A stretch of DNA of 64,000 nt from Candidatus Dormiibacterota bacterium (GTDB taxonomy: Bacteria; Patescibacteriota; Saccharimonadia; UBA4664; DATLOE01): positions 16,193-80,192 of the forward strand of contig DATLOE010000018.1 in the NCBI GenBank assembly GCA_035536395.1. The letters are read 5' to 3'. The position numbers and the translations under genes are program-made. The notes under the pieces are model-generated. The model searched no databases and was not told the origin of the DNA. It saw only the letters and a program-made list of their open reading frames with translations. The number at the start of each line of letters is the position of its first letter. Position 1 is the first letter of the stretch. This document shows, one piece after another, positions 47,313 through 55,933 of the stretch.

Positions 47313-48934
47313 TACTGATTGTTTTCACCTAGGCCTGCGACCTTAATCTCTATCTTAATCCGCTTAACCAGCGGCGGCATATTGGTGGCCCAGACCGGAG
47401 AGAGCTTAATTTCAGCCCGTTCCACTCCAGGCTGGCGGGCAGCCAGCTCCACAGCTTCACCATACTTCTTGCCTTTCATTTCTTTGGCTAGGCTGCCGCG
47501 GTCGATCCTCGCCCCGGCGTAAGCCTCCACCGCGGCATCGAACTTACCACCCTCTTTCTTGGTCAGCTTAATGGTATCCGTGCCATCATCATAAATCTCA
47601 TTCTGGTCGCCTATCTGCTTCTGAATCTGCTTTTTGACCAGTTCCGAGAATTGGTTTTTATCAACCGCCAGAGCAGTGTAGGCGACCTCCATATTGATAG
47701 TCACTTGAGCGCCCTCTTGGTCAACTCCTGGAGTAGGAACGGCCGCGGTCACCTTTTGCTCAATCGATTCATTCAGCACCCGTTTGTCCTTGGCTTTAGC
47801 AACAAGCTCCTTGGTTGAACCTGGCTTGTCTTTCTCCAAGGCCGCCGTTTTGGCCTTATCTATATCACTTTGGGTTACCACCTGAATCGTTTTGGTCGTA
47901 CCGCCCTGCATTTGAGTGCCGCTGATCCTGAAATTAGAGTTTAGCGCCGGACTGGTATAGCTCCTGGGTCCCAGATTGTAATCATCGCCGTTTTGGGCGG
48001 CTGTCACATTCACATCAACAGTAGATGAATTACAGACGCTGCCACCGCCGCTAAATGACCCGCCAGGAACAGTTACAGCATTGTCTGTTGTGAAGTTCTT
48101 ACCCGAAGCGGTCATTACGGTTCCGGCCGGCAAGCTGCGTGAGCTGGAATCCTCACAGTTTTTAATACTGACCGAACCGCTTGCCTTGGTACCCACATCT
48201 TTTTTGCCAGTAGCCGGTCCTTTGGCCGTTAGGGTTTTGGAGACGTCCAGAGCAGTCGCCGGTATAATGCCGTCTTCATAATGAGGCTCCTGGGCATTAG
48301 TATCGGCCGTAAAACTGAAACTAGCATTCACCTGAGCAGCTTTGGCGAATAATGTTACCTTTGCGCTAGCCAAAAAGTAATTAGCGGCCAGTAAAAGAAT
48401 GAGAGCAACTACACCAGCAATAATCCACAGTGTGCGCTTCTGCAGCTGGTTAAAATCCGGTATGCGCTTCTTCTTAGCACCAGCCGGTTTAGCGGCCGCG
48501 GCTAGGGGAGTGGCGGCTGGCTCGGCCAGAGGGGTCTTGTGTACGGCGGGCGGTTCCGGCTCTGAGTGGACTGGCGGGGGAGGGGGAGGCGGGGGAGTAC
48601 CGACTTCCCCTGCATCTACCTCCTCTTCTGGTCCCACCGGAGCTGCCGAGGGCGGGATGCGCGGCTCTTCGCCAACCTTGGAAGCAACTGGTATCCCCAC
48701 CCGGCCGGCCAAGTTACTCGCCTGCTTGTCGTTGGTTACCAGTACCAGCTTCTTGCCGGCATCATCGGCCGCTTTTTTAATCAGTTTCTGGTTTATGACA
48801 GATTGGAAAAGTGTGGAGCGTCCAGCCGCTACCACCTGCACGGTATCACTGTCGAAATGCAGCAGCTTATCTATCGCCGAAGTAATGTCTTCGTCGGTTT
48901 CCAGGTATATTGCGTTGTCTTTGTTTGCTGCCAT
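47312..48934 (-). CDS. Hypothetical bitopic membrane protein with poly-Pro linker, between the ftsA-like gene and ruvX
   Basis: 540 aa; N-terminal soluble domain, PPPPPPPP linker, TM helix LWIIAGVVALILLLAANYFLA, large Thr/Ser/Gly-rich extracytoplasmic domain. Overlaps the ftsA-like stop (ATGC) and the ruvX start. Confidence 0.5.
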   Translation of the reverse strand: MAANKDNAIYLETDEDITSAIDKLLHFDSDTVQVVAAGRSTLFQSVINQKLIKKAADDAGKKLVLVTNDKQASNLAGRVGIPVASKVGEEPRIPPSAAPVGPEEEVDAGEVGTPPPPPPPPVHSEPEPPAVHKTPLAEPAATPLAAAAKPAGAKKKRIPDFNQLQKRTLWIIAGVVALILLLAANYFLASAKVTLFAKAAQVNASFSFTADTNAQEPHYEDGIIPATALDVSKTLTAKGPATGKKDVGTKASGSVSIKNCEDSSSRSLPAGTVMTASGKNFTTDNAVTVPGGSFSGGGSVCNSSTVDVNVTAAQNGDDYNLGPRSYTSPALNSNFRISGTQMQGGTTKTIQVVTQSDIDKAKTAALEKDKPGSTKELVAKAKDKRVLNESIEQKVTAAVPTPGVDQEGAQVTINMEVAYTALAVDKNQFSELVKKQIQKQIGDQNEIYDDGTDTIKLTKKEGGKFDAAVEAYAGARIDRGSLAKEMKGKKYGEAVELAARQPGVERAEIKLSPVWATNMPPLVKRIKIEIKVAGLGENNQ

Positions 48935-50211
48935 TATGCCTGTAGGGTTTTGCTTAATTTTTGCATAACACTTTCCGTAATGCTACCGGTATTAATTACA
49001 TCCAGGCCCAGGTTTGCCAGTCCCATCGGGGTAATATCGGCATGGCTTGTCAGTTGGCCGGTCTTATCTACTACCCTATTCACTTCCTTGGGAGAAATAT
49101 GGCTCACGATAGGCTGGCGGGCAAAATGCAGACGTTTGTACCACTCTCCCTGTAAAGCCTGTACCACTTGGGGTAGACCGGTACCGCCACCACAAAGCAG
49201 AATTTTAGCCGGCAGGTGGTCGAGCCGGGTGAATTCGGCCAGCGAAAGCTCCACTCCGGAAAGCCAGACATTAATGTCGGCATTCACGGCCTCTTCGACT
49301 GCCTTACGGTCCTCCGGCTTCTCCATTTTACCGGCCGAATACTCCAGTTTCATCTGCTCGGCTTTCTCAAAGCTGACTCCAGCAATCTGGGCAATACGCT
49401 TGGTAAACGAACGGCCACCAATAGCAAACATTTTAGTGCCCTCTACGCCACCATTATTTACCACGGCTATATCTGTAGTGCCGCCGCCGATATCTATGAA
49501 TATGGCGCTGAAATCCGCCGATTGATCATCTCCTACCGATTTAGCTACAGCAAACGGCTCGGCCGCGATATTGATGAGGTTCAGATCTAGATTATTAGCC
49601 ACGCTCTGTAGTGCGCCAATGTGCACCATGGGCGCAAAGGCGTTAAAAAGCTGAATCGTTACATCTCTCCCCTGGAACCCAATCGGATTGGTAACCCGAT
49701 AGCCATCAATCTGCACATCTACAATTGCGGTATTCACCATCTTCACATCTATGTCCTGCTGGCCGGTTTCCCAAGCCAAATTCTCTTTGGCCTTGTCGTA
49801 TGCTTTCACCTGTACGCGATCTAAGATTTTGCGCAGCTCGAGCATTTCTATACGATCGGTGGGGTTCGTCCGCTTGTATCTGACTGTGGTAGAGGTGCCC
49901 TTTACAAGTTCCCCGGCAATTCCCACCACCGCATCGCGGGCCACTACCCCACTCATCTTTTCGGCTGCTTTCAGGGCAGCGTCGCAATTATCTACCACGC
50001 CGGCAATATCTGTGACGGCACCAGACTGCATATCGGTCAGCCTCTGGCGCTGCCGTCCTACACCGAGTATTTCTACAGTTTGATTACCGCCCGGATCGCC
50101 GACAACCTGGCCAACCAGCGCCTTGACGAATTCGGTGCCGATATCTAGTGCTACCAGATATTGCGCGGCTTGACCGCCCTTTTTAAATTTTTCAATAAAT
50201 TTTAAAGCCAT
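48934..50211 (-). CDS. ftsA: Actin-like ATPase of the FtsA/PilM family (probable cell-division FtsA)
   Basis: LVALDIGTEFVKALVG, FIDIGGGTTDIAVV and LCGGGTGLP are actin-fold phosphate/adenosine motifs; 425 aa is closer to FtsA than PilM. Confidence 0.6.
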   Translation of the reverse strand: MALKFIEKFKKGGQAAQYLVALDIGTEFVKALVGQVVGDPGGNQTVEILGVGRQRQRLTDMQSGAVTDIAGVVDNCDAALKAAEKMSGVVARDAVVGIAGELVKGTSTTVRYKRTNPTDRIEMLELRKILDRVQVKAYDKAKENLAWETGQQDIDVKMVNTAIVDVQIDGYRVTNPIGFQGRDVTIQLFNAFAPMVHIGALQSVANNLDLNLINIAAEPFAVAKSVGDDQSADFSAIFIDIGGGTTDIAVVNNGGVEGTKMFAIGGRSFTKRIAQIAGVSFEKAEQMKLEYSAGKMEKPEDRKAVEEAVNADINVWLSGVELSLAEFTRLDHLPAKILLCGGGTGLPQVVQALQGEWYKRLHFARQPIVSHISPKEVNRVVDKTGQLTSHADITPMGLANLGLDVINTGSITESVMQKLSKTLQA

Positions 50212-50293
50212 ATGCCCTTTTTTAGCACATTCACTCTCTTATTTTAACCTTAACCAGCTCCGATTACCATAAGCAGATTGGCCCATTTTGGAA

Positions 50294-50322
50294 TTGACAA
50301 TTTAAACCTTTTGTGCTTAAAT
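50294..50322 (+). promoter_or_regulatory. Sigma70-like promoter for the plus-strand islet
   Basis: TTGACA, a 17-nt spacer, then TTAAAT, about 40 nt upstream of the GGAGAGG RBS and ATG at 50364. Confidence 0.35.
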
Positions 50323-50363
50323 ACCCCTTATCGGTTTTGTCCCGCGTACCCTTTGGAGAGGAT

Positions 50364-50822
50364 ATGATCATCAACCAGGACTTGCTCACAAGAGTTCAGC
50401 ACTGCTATGACTCATGTGACCCACAACGATTCGCATTCCGGATCGTCGGCAAGATGCTCACCAATGAAGACGAGGAATTGGTAGCTGGCCAGTTGAAGGA
50501 GATACAGAAGCTTGTGTACTACCAACTGGCGACTTGCGAGGAGGGTACGACAGCAGAAGTGATACTTGATGAGCTCTGTTCGCGCCATGAAGTACAGCTT
50601 TTAACCCACCAGATACTAGCCATTCTGGCTATGCCATTTGGTACTAGAACAGTTGTGATTCAATATTACGACTGCGTTGGAGGCTCGTTCTGTTGGGATG
50701 AGCTGGAGGAAACACTCCCGCCCGACACCCGCCGGCTCAACGAAGAAAGTCTTTTCTGGACCGACATCAAGAGCCGCAAAAAGCGCCGCCGTGGAAATCT
50801 GCGGCTAGTGCACAGCGCTTGA
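50364..50822 (+). CDS. Hypothetical protein (about 152 aa), Cys-containing, acidic
   Basis: GGAGAGG RBS and ATG at 50364; tandem intrinsic terminators follow. Confidence 0.45.
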   Translation: MIINQDLLTRVQHCYDSCDPQRFAFRIVGKMLTNEDEELVAGQLKEIQKLVYYQLATCEEGTTAEVILDELCSRHEVQLLTHQILAILAMPFGTRTVVIQYYDCVGGSFCWDELEETLPPDTRRLNEESLFWTDIKSRKKRRRGNLRLVHSA

Positions 50823-50840
50823 CCCAACCCCACTTAAAGC

Positions 50841-50916
50841 AAGAACACTTGCCCTAGGCGGGGTTCTTGCTTTTTAAAAATAAAAAAATCGCCTCTGTTT
50901 TGGAGGCGAATTTTTT
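50841..50916 (+). terminator. Two tandem rho-independent terminators
   Basis: AAGAACACTTGCCCTAGGCGGGGTTCTTGC-TTTTT, then AATCGCCTC-TGTTTTG-GAGGCGAA-TTTTTT. Confidence 0.6.
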
Positions 50917-50924
50917 ACTACTGT

Positions 50925-51095
50925 GAGACTTGGGCTGTGGAAACGCTCTGGGCGTTTGACCCCTGCACCGTCAGCTGTCCGGGCGGATGCTGCACGATGT
51001 AGACTGCAACTGTGATGATGGCTGCAAAAAGCAACCCGATGGTCAGCTGCAGAACAGCAGACCCGCTGTCTGCATGATCGTTAATCATTTTGTTT
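50925..51095 (-). CDS. Possible small membrane protein (56 aa)
   Basis: Minus-strand ATG at 51095 gives MINDHADSGSAVLQLTIGLLFAAIITVAVYIVQHPPGQLTVQGSNAQSVSTAQVSQ*, with one TM helix. Below the track cutoff and weakly supported. Confidence 0.3.
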
Positions 51096-51285
51096 TTCCC
51101 CTCTTATTTGTTTTTGTTCTAAAGGTTACTTTAAAAGTATCAGAAACGCTTATGCTTTGGCAAGAGTTTTTTTCGTTTTTATAAATAAAGGTGTGATTCA
51201 CCAAATTTCCGTCACTAAACATTGACATTTTTGTCATATTTTGTAATTATTCATCCATTCTATCCCCATCCTGGAGGAGGGAAGT

Positions 51286-51770
51286 TGACAGCTGAAGCGA
51301 CCGTAACCGATGTACGTATCTCAGATGATGAGATAGTGCGTACCGTTCGCCGGTGCCAGCGAGAACTCAGAGACGCCAGGCACCGCTGCGTTCGGAGGCT
51401 ATGCGAACTCGTTCTGGACAGAGAACCCACAGTTAAGGAAGTGAGCCTGATGGTTCACCGCCTGCGCCATCTGAGCAAGCAAGGAAGGCTTCGCTGCAGC
51501 TGGAACAAAAAGGATTTGATCGTGGCAATCAAGCCGCCTCGGCAGAAGCGAGCGGCAAGAGAGGGTTCTAGGCACCAGAAGAAGCATCCGCCCAAGACCC
51601 GGCCGCATAAGGTTCGGCCGGCACTGGCAACGGTGGGCGAGGTTCGCTCCTTCAGTCCAGACCCCCCGCAGCCACCACGGCAGCGGATCACCGGTCCGCG
51701 GAAAAAGAGAGTAGTCCATGGCGAAGACCTGAGCTACCTCATGAGCTCCAACCGGGCAGCCGGCTTCTAA
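51286..51770 (+). CDS. Hypothetical highly basic (Arg/Lys/His-rich) protein, TTG start
   Basis: GGAGGAGGGAAG RBS directly precedes TTG at 51286 (LTAEATVTDVRISDDEIVRTVRRCQRELRDARHRC...). C-terminal half KPPRQKRAAREGSRHQKKHPPKTRPHKVRP suggests nucleic-acid binding. A strong terminator follows. Confidence 0.4.
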
Positions 51771-51820
51771 CCCGCCCTTTGCAGAAAATCCCGTTCTGCC
51801 AAAGGGCGGGATTTTCTTTT
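51771..51820 (+). terminator. Rho-independent terminator
   Basis: CCCGCCCTTTGCAGAAAATCCCGTTCTGCCAAAGGGCGGG followed by ATTTTCTTTT. Confidence 0.6.
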
Positions 51821-52421
51821 ATAGCTTTTCTGCAATAATGTCGTAAGCTTCAATTTTGACTATATGGGGTACGTATTTAGAAACAGCCGAACCCTTTTTA
51901 AACGACCGGATGACAAAGCCTATGTTGGTCAGCATCTTCCTGATATCTTCTGATTTATATGAGTATTTATCAAAAATGTATTCAGACATTTTATGAACAC
52001 CGCCGCCCGCGGTATAGCCGATCACTAAAACCCCTCCGGGCTTCAGCGCTTTAAACGATTTCGCTAGTAATTTTTGCAATAGTGATTTATCTAGATACTG
52101 AATGAGGCGGGTCATTAGGATCGCATGGTATGAATCTGATTTAAGTTCAAAGTCGCTCACATCGGATTTCACAAAATTAATCCGGGATTTCACTTCAGGA
52201 TCTGTTATGGCTGATACCCAGCTCAAATCAGCCAGGTCCACGGCGTCTACCTTGTGACCTAAACCAGCCAGGTGGATTGCATTGCGTCCGCCCCCGCAGC
52301 CTAGATCTGCCACTCTGGATTCAGGTAGTAAACCAGGCTCAATAGCCCGCACAACTACGCTTGGGTTAGCGGTGTTTATATAGAACTGCCTGCTATCGTA
52401 AGCTCTTTGCCACTCGTTCAC
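51819..52421 (-). CDS. Class I SAM-dependent methyltransferase (TehB-like)
   Basis: VADLGCGGGRNAIHLA (motif I) and LKPGGVLVI (motif II/III). Confidence 0.8.
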   Translation of the reverse strand: MNEWQRAYDSRQFYINTANPSVVVRAIEPGLLPESRVADLGCGGGRNAIHLAGLGHKVDAVDLADLSWVSAITDPEVKSRINFVKSDVSDFELKSDSYHAILMTRLIQYLDKSLLQKLLAKSFKALKPGGVLVIGYTAGGGVHKMSEYIFDKYSYKSEDIRKMLTNIGFVIRSFKKGSAVSKYVPHIVKIEAYDIIAEKL

Positions 52422-54238
52422 TTAACTGTTGCTTTTATACGGCGCACGCCTGCGCTGGAAGATTCTTCTTTTGTGATTTTAAATTGGCCTATCTCCCCCG
52501 TGCGCTCCACGTGCGGTCCGCCGCAGATTTCCACGCTGTATGGCTTTTGGCCAGGCTTACCAATTGTATAAACTCTCACCGTCTCGCCATACTTATCGCC
52601 AAAGGCCCCTTTAGCCCCAAGCTTAAACGCCTCTTTGGTAGGATGCTCATTCATGCTCACTGGCAGGTTGGCCTGAATCTGCTCGTTTACTATCCGCTCC
52701 ACCTCCCTCTTCTGCTCATCGGTCATCTTTTCAGAATGAGAAAAATCGAACCGTAGCCTGTCGCTATTCACGTTCGAGCCGCGCTGCACCACGTGTTCGC
52801 CCAGTACCCGCCGCAATGCCTCGTACATCAGGTGGGTGGCGGTGTGGTGGCGGATTGTACCTGATTCATGGTCGGCCAATCCCCCTTTAAACTCCCCCGC
52901 CCCGGCCGTACGCGAACGCTCACGCTGCTGGTTCATTAAGCGCTGAAAATCTTCATCCCACGCCGGGTCGATTGGGATCTTTAAGGTCTTGGCATCTTCA
53001 ATACTAAGCTCTGGCGGAAAACCGTAGGTATCAAAGAGAGTAAAGACGATTTCGCCTGTGAGTTTATCTTTCGCGATTTTGGTAAACTCTCTCACTCCCC
53101 TCTCTAGAGTCTGGCGAAACTGGCTCTCTTCCCGGCTCAAAACATCCAAAATTTGATTCCGGTTTTTCTCGAGCTCGGGGTAGGCCTGTTTGTAGAGATC
53201 TATTATGGTCGGCACCACGTTTTCGCACAGGTCAACGCGGATGCCCAACACCAAGCCTTGCCTGATGGCGCGGCGCGTAAGCCGGCGCATGACATACCCC
53301 CGTCCGATGTTGGAGGGAGCTAGACCATCAGCTGCCATAAATACGGCACTGCGCAAGTGATCGGTAATAATCCTCCCGGCGCGGCCAAGATCGCTATCTA
53401 TCTCGTGGTAGACCTGCTCAAACTCACGGTCTGCTACCTCGAACACCTTATGGGTAATGGCTGCCAGTTGGTCGGTTTTAAATACGGAATCAACTCCCTG
53501 TATCATGGCGGCTGTGCGCTCGAGGCCCATACCGGTATCCACGCTCTTGGTTTTAAGCGGAGTATACTCCCCGCCTGTCTCGCGCTGATACTGCATAAAG
53601 ACGTTATTCCAAATTTCTATGAACTGGTCGCTAAATGGATCGAATTTCGGCTGCTTCTCTTCGCCAATATAGTAGAAAATTTCCGTATCCGGACCGGCCG
53701 GGCTGGTTTCGGCGCCGGTAATCTCCCACCAATTGTCTTTTTTGCCCAGAGCCATAATGCGCTCACCTTCTTTGGCCTCTATTCCCAGTTTTTTGAACTC
53801 GTTCTGCCAGATTTTTATAGATTCATCATCTTTCGGCACCTGCGCCCCGCCCTCATAAACCGTAATGTAGAGCCGGGTTGGGTCGAGCGCCAGCCACTTT
53901 TTATCTACCAAAAATTCCATGCTCCAGGCAATCGATTCGTTTTTAAAGTAATCGCCCAGGCTCCAATTGCCCAGCATCTCGAACATTGTCAGGTGACGGT
54001 TATCCCCCACATCCTCGATATCTACGGTACGGATGCATTTTTGGCTGTTAGCTAAGCGCTTGCCCTTAGGGTGCGCGGCGCCAAGCAAATACGGCACCAG
54101 CGGCTGCATACCGGCGGTGGTAAACAGTACGGTGGGGTCATTCTCCAGGTAAACCGGAGCCGAGGGAATTATTTCATGATCTTTTGATTTAAAGAATTCC
54201 AGAAACTTCTTGCGGATCTCATTCGTTGTCATAGGCAT
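52418..54238 (-). CDS. alaS: Alanine--tRNA ligase, short form lacking the C-Ala domain
   Basis: Class II catalytic core ([18 protein letters not shown]), tRNA-recognition region and editing domain HxxxH ([24 protein letters not shown]), but only 606 aa. Confidence 0.9.
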   Translation of the reverse strand: [606 protein letters not shown]

Positions 54239-54247
54239 TATTCTACC

Positions 54248-55279
54248 TTAGGCAGCGGTAATTATGCCACCGCCTAAAACTAAATCGCCATCGTAGATAA
54301 CGGCCGATTGGCCGGCAGCGATAGCCCGCTGCGGTTTAGCGAACTTGATTGTATCGCCATTAACTTCACAATCCACTAATTCACCGCGATGGCGCAGGCG
54401 TACCTGATACTCCTTACCGTCTTTCGGCGGCTCGTTAATCCAATGCGCGTTCGTAATCCGGATCACCCTACTCTGCAGTTCCAAATCATCAGGATTATCT
54501 GTTACATACACCTCATTCTTTTTCATATCTTTGCCGGTTACAAAGTATGGCTTGCCGCCGCCCACACCCAAACCGTGGCGTTGGCCAATAGTGTAGAATA
54601 TGGCCCCATCGTGAGCACCAATTACTTTGCCATCGCAAGTCTTAATATCCCCCGGCTCGGCCTCTACATACTGCTGCAAAAAAGCCTTCATGCCCACCGG
54701 GCCGATAAAGCAGATACCCTGGGAATCTTTTTTGCCAGCATTTGGTAAGCCGAACTTTTCTGCCAGTTTGCGCACCTCACTCTTTGGGTAGGCGCCGATT
54801 GGCATTAAACTTTTGGCCAAGGCCTGGCTGGTTACGCGGTACAAAAAGTAGGTCTGGTCTTTACCCTCATCGGCCGCTTTGTACAGTTTGCCCCTGGCCG
54901 TCTTGGCATAATGGCCGGTAGCGATTCCGTCGGCTCCGTCGGCCAATGCGGCCTGTAGAAACAGCTGGAACTTAATCTCTTGGTTGCACATTACATCCGG
55001 ATTCGGGGTAAGCCCTTGCTTGTACTCCTCTACCATGTAATCAACCACCTTCTGTTTGTATTCCTTTTGAAAGTCAAAGACTTTGAATGGAATATTGAGC
55101 GCAGCGGCCACGGCGCGGGCATCGGCTAAGTCTTCCTTCCACGGGCACTCGGCTCCAGGCAAAACTTGTGTCCAGTTCTTCATATGCGCGCCCACCACGC
55201 TATAGCCCTCTTTCTGCAAAAGAGCGGCCGTTACGGAGCTATCCACCCCGCCACTTAAACCGACATAGACCTTTTTCAT
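54248..55279 (-). CDS. mnmA: tRNA-specific 2-thiouridylase MnmA
   Basis: PP-loop VGLSGGVDSSV and catalytic Cys regions (NPDVMCNQEIKF, QGICFIG); start taken at MKKVYVGL. Confidence 0.9.
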   Translation of the reverse strand: MKKVYVGLSGGVDSSVTAALLQKEGYSVVGAHMKNWTQVLPGAECPWKEDLADARAVAAALNIPFKVFDFQKEYKQKVVDYMVEEYKQGLTPNPDVMCNQEIKFQLFLQAALADGADGIATGHYAKTARGKLYKAADEGKDQTYFLYRVTSQALAKSLMPIGAYPKSEVRKLAEKFGLPNAGKKDSQGICFIGPVGMKAFLQQYVEAEPGDIKTCDGKVIGAHDGAIFYTIGQRHGLGVGGGKPYFVTGKDMKKNEVYVTDNPDDLELQSRVIRITNAHWINEPPKDGKEYQVRLRHRGELVDCEVNGDTIKFAKPQRAIAAGQSAVIYDGDLVLGGGIITAA

Positions 55280-55371
55280 AACAAGATAATATAATCTCTT
55301 CTTCCCCAAAGAAGCAAATTATTATGGGGAATCAAAAAAGCCCCGGGAGGGGCTTTTTAATAAGCTTTTAT

Positions 55372-55848
55372 TTATCTTTTTGCTGGGGCGGGTGTTTGAG
55401 TTTGGGTTTCTTTATTGATGTTAAGTGTAGCAACTTCAATCAGCTTGTTGCTGGTAGGGCGATACAGATAAGCCTTTTTGGCCTTGGTGTACAAAAGCAC
55501 CTTGTCGCCGTTCTGGGCGTTAGCAAAGAAGGGTTGGCTCTTGAGCTTACTGGCATCTACCACAGTAGCTACAGTAGGCTCCTCATCGCCAGGAAGAGCA
55601 ACAATGGCGCCCACCTTTTTTATTAGGCTCTGTGCTTCTTCCTTGCTGGCCTGCTGCGGGTTACCGAGTTTCTTCAGCTTGGCCTGAGCTTGCACGTTCT
55701 GATAATACAAGAAGCCGCTTAGCGCTAGCAGTACTGCAATGGCGCCAATAATCGCCCATTTCTTCCATCTGCTCGACTCTTCTAATTTAAGATTTTGAAA
55801 TGAGCTGGGTGGCTGTGCCGGGGCAGGACCTGTGCCGAACTGATTCAT
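55372..55848 (-). CDS. Hypothetical membrane-anchored protein
   Basis: 158 aa; Pro/Gln-rich N-terminus, one TM helix (WAIIGAIAVLLALSGFLYY), soluble C-terminal domain. Confidence 0.45.
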   Translation of the reverse strand: MNQFGTGPAPAQPPSSFQNLKLEESSRWKKWAIIGAIAVLLALSGFLYYQNVQAQAKLKKLGNPQQASKEEAQSLIKKVGAIVALPGDEEPTVATVVDASKLKSQPFFANAQNGDKVLLYTKAKKAYLYRPTSNKLIEVATLNINKETQTQTPAPAKR

Positions 55849-55933
55849 GTATCTCCCTCACATAATTACTTATTACCTACCCAGTATATCCAAGCCCCTT
55901 ATGCTGGTCAAATCCAAGTTTGGTTATGCCTGA

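Noticed and set aside
48566-49525. 319-aa plus-strand ORF antisense to the ftsA-like gene
   Set aside because: The opposite strand carries clear actin-fold ATPase motifs; this ORF is a shadow frame.
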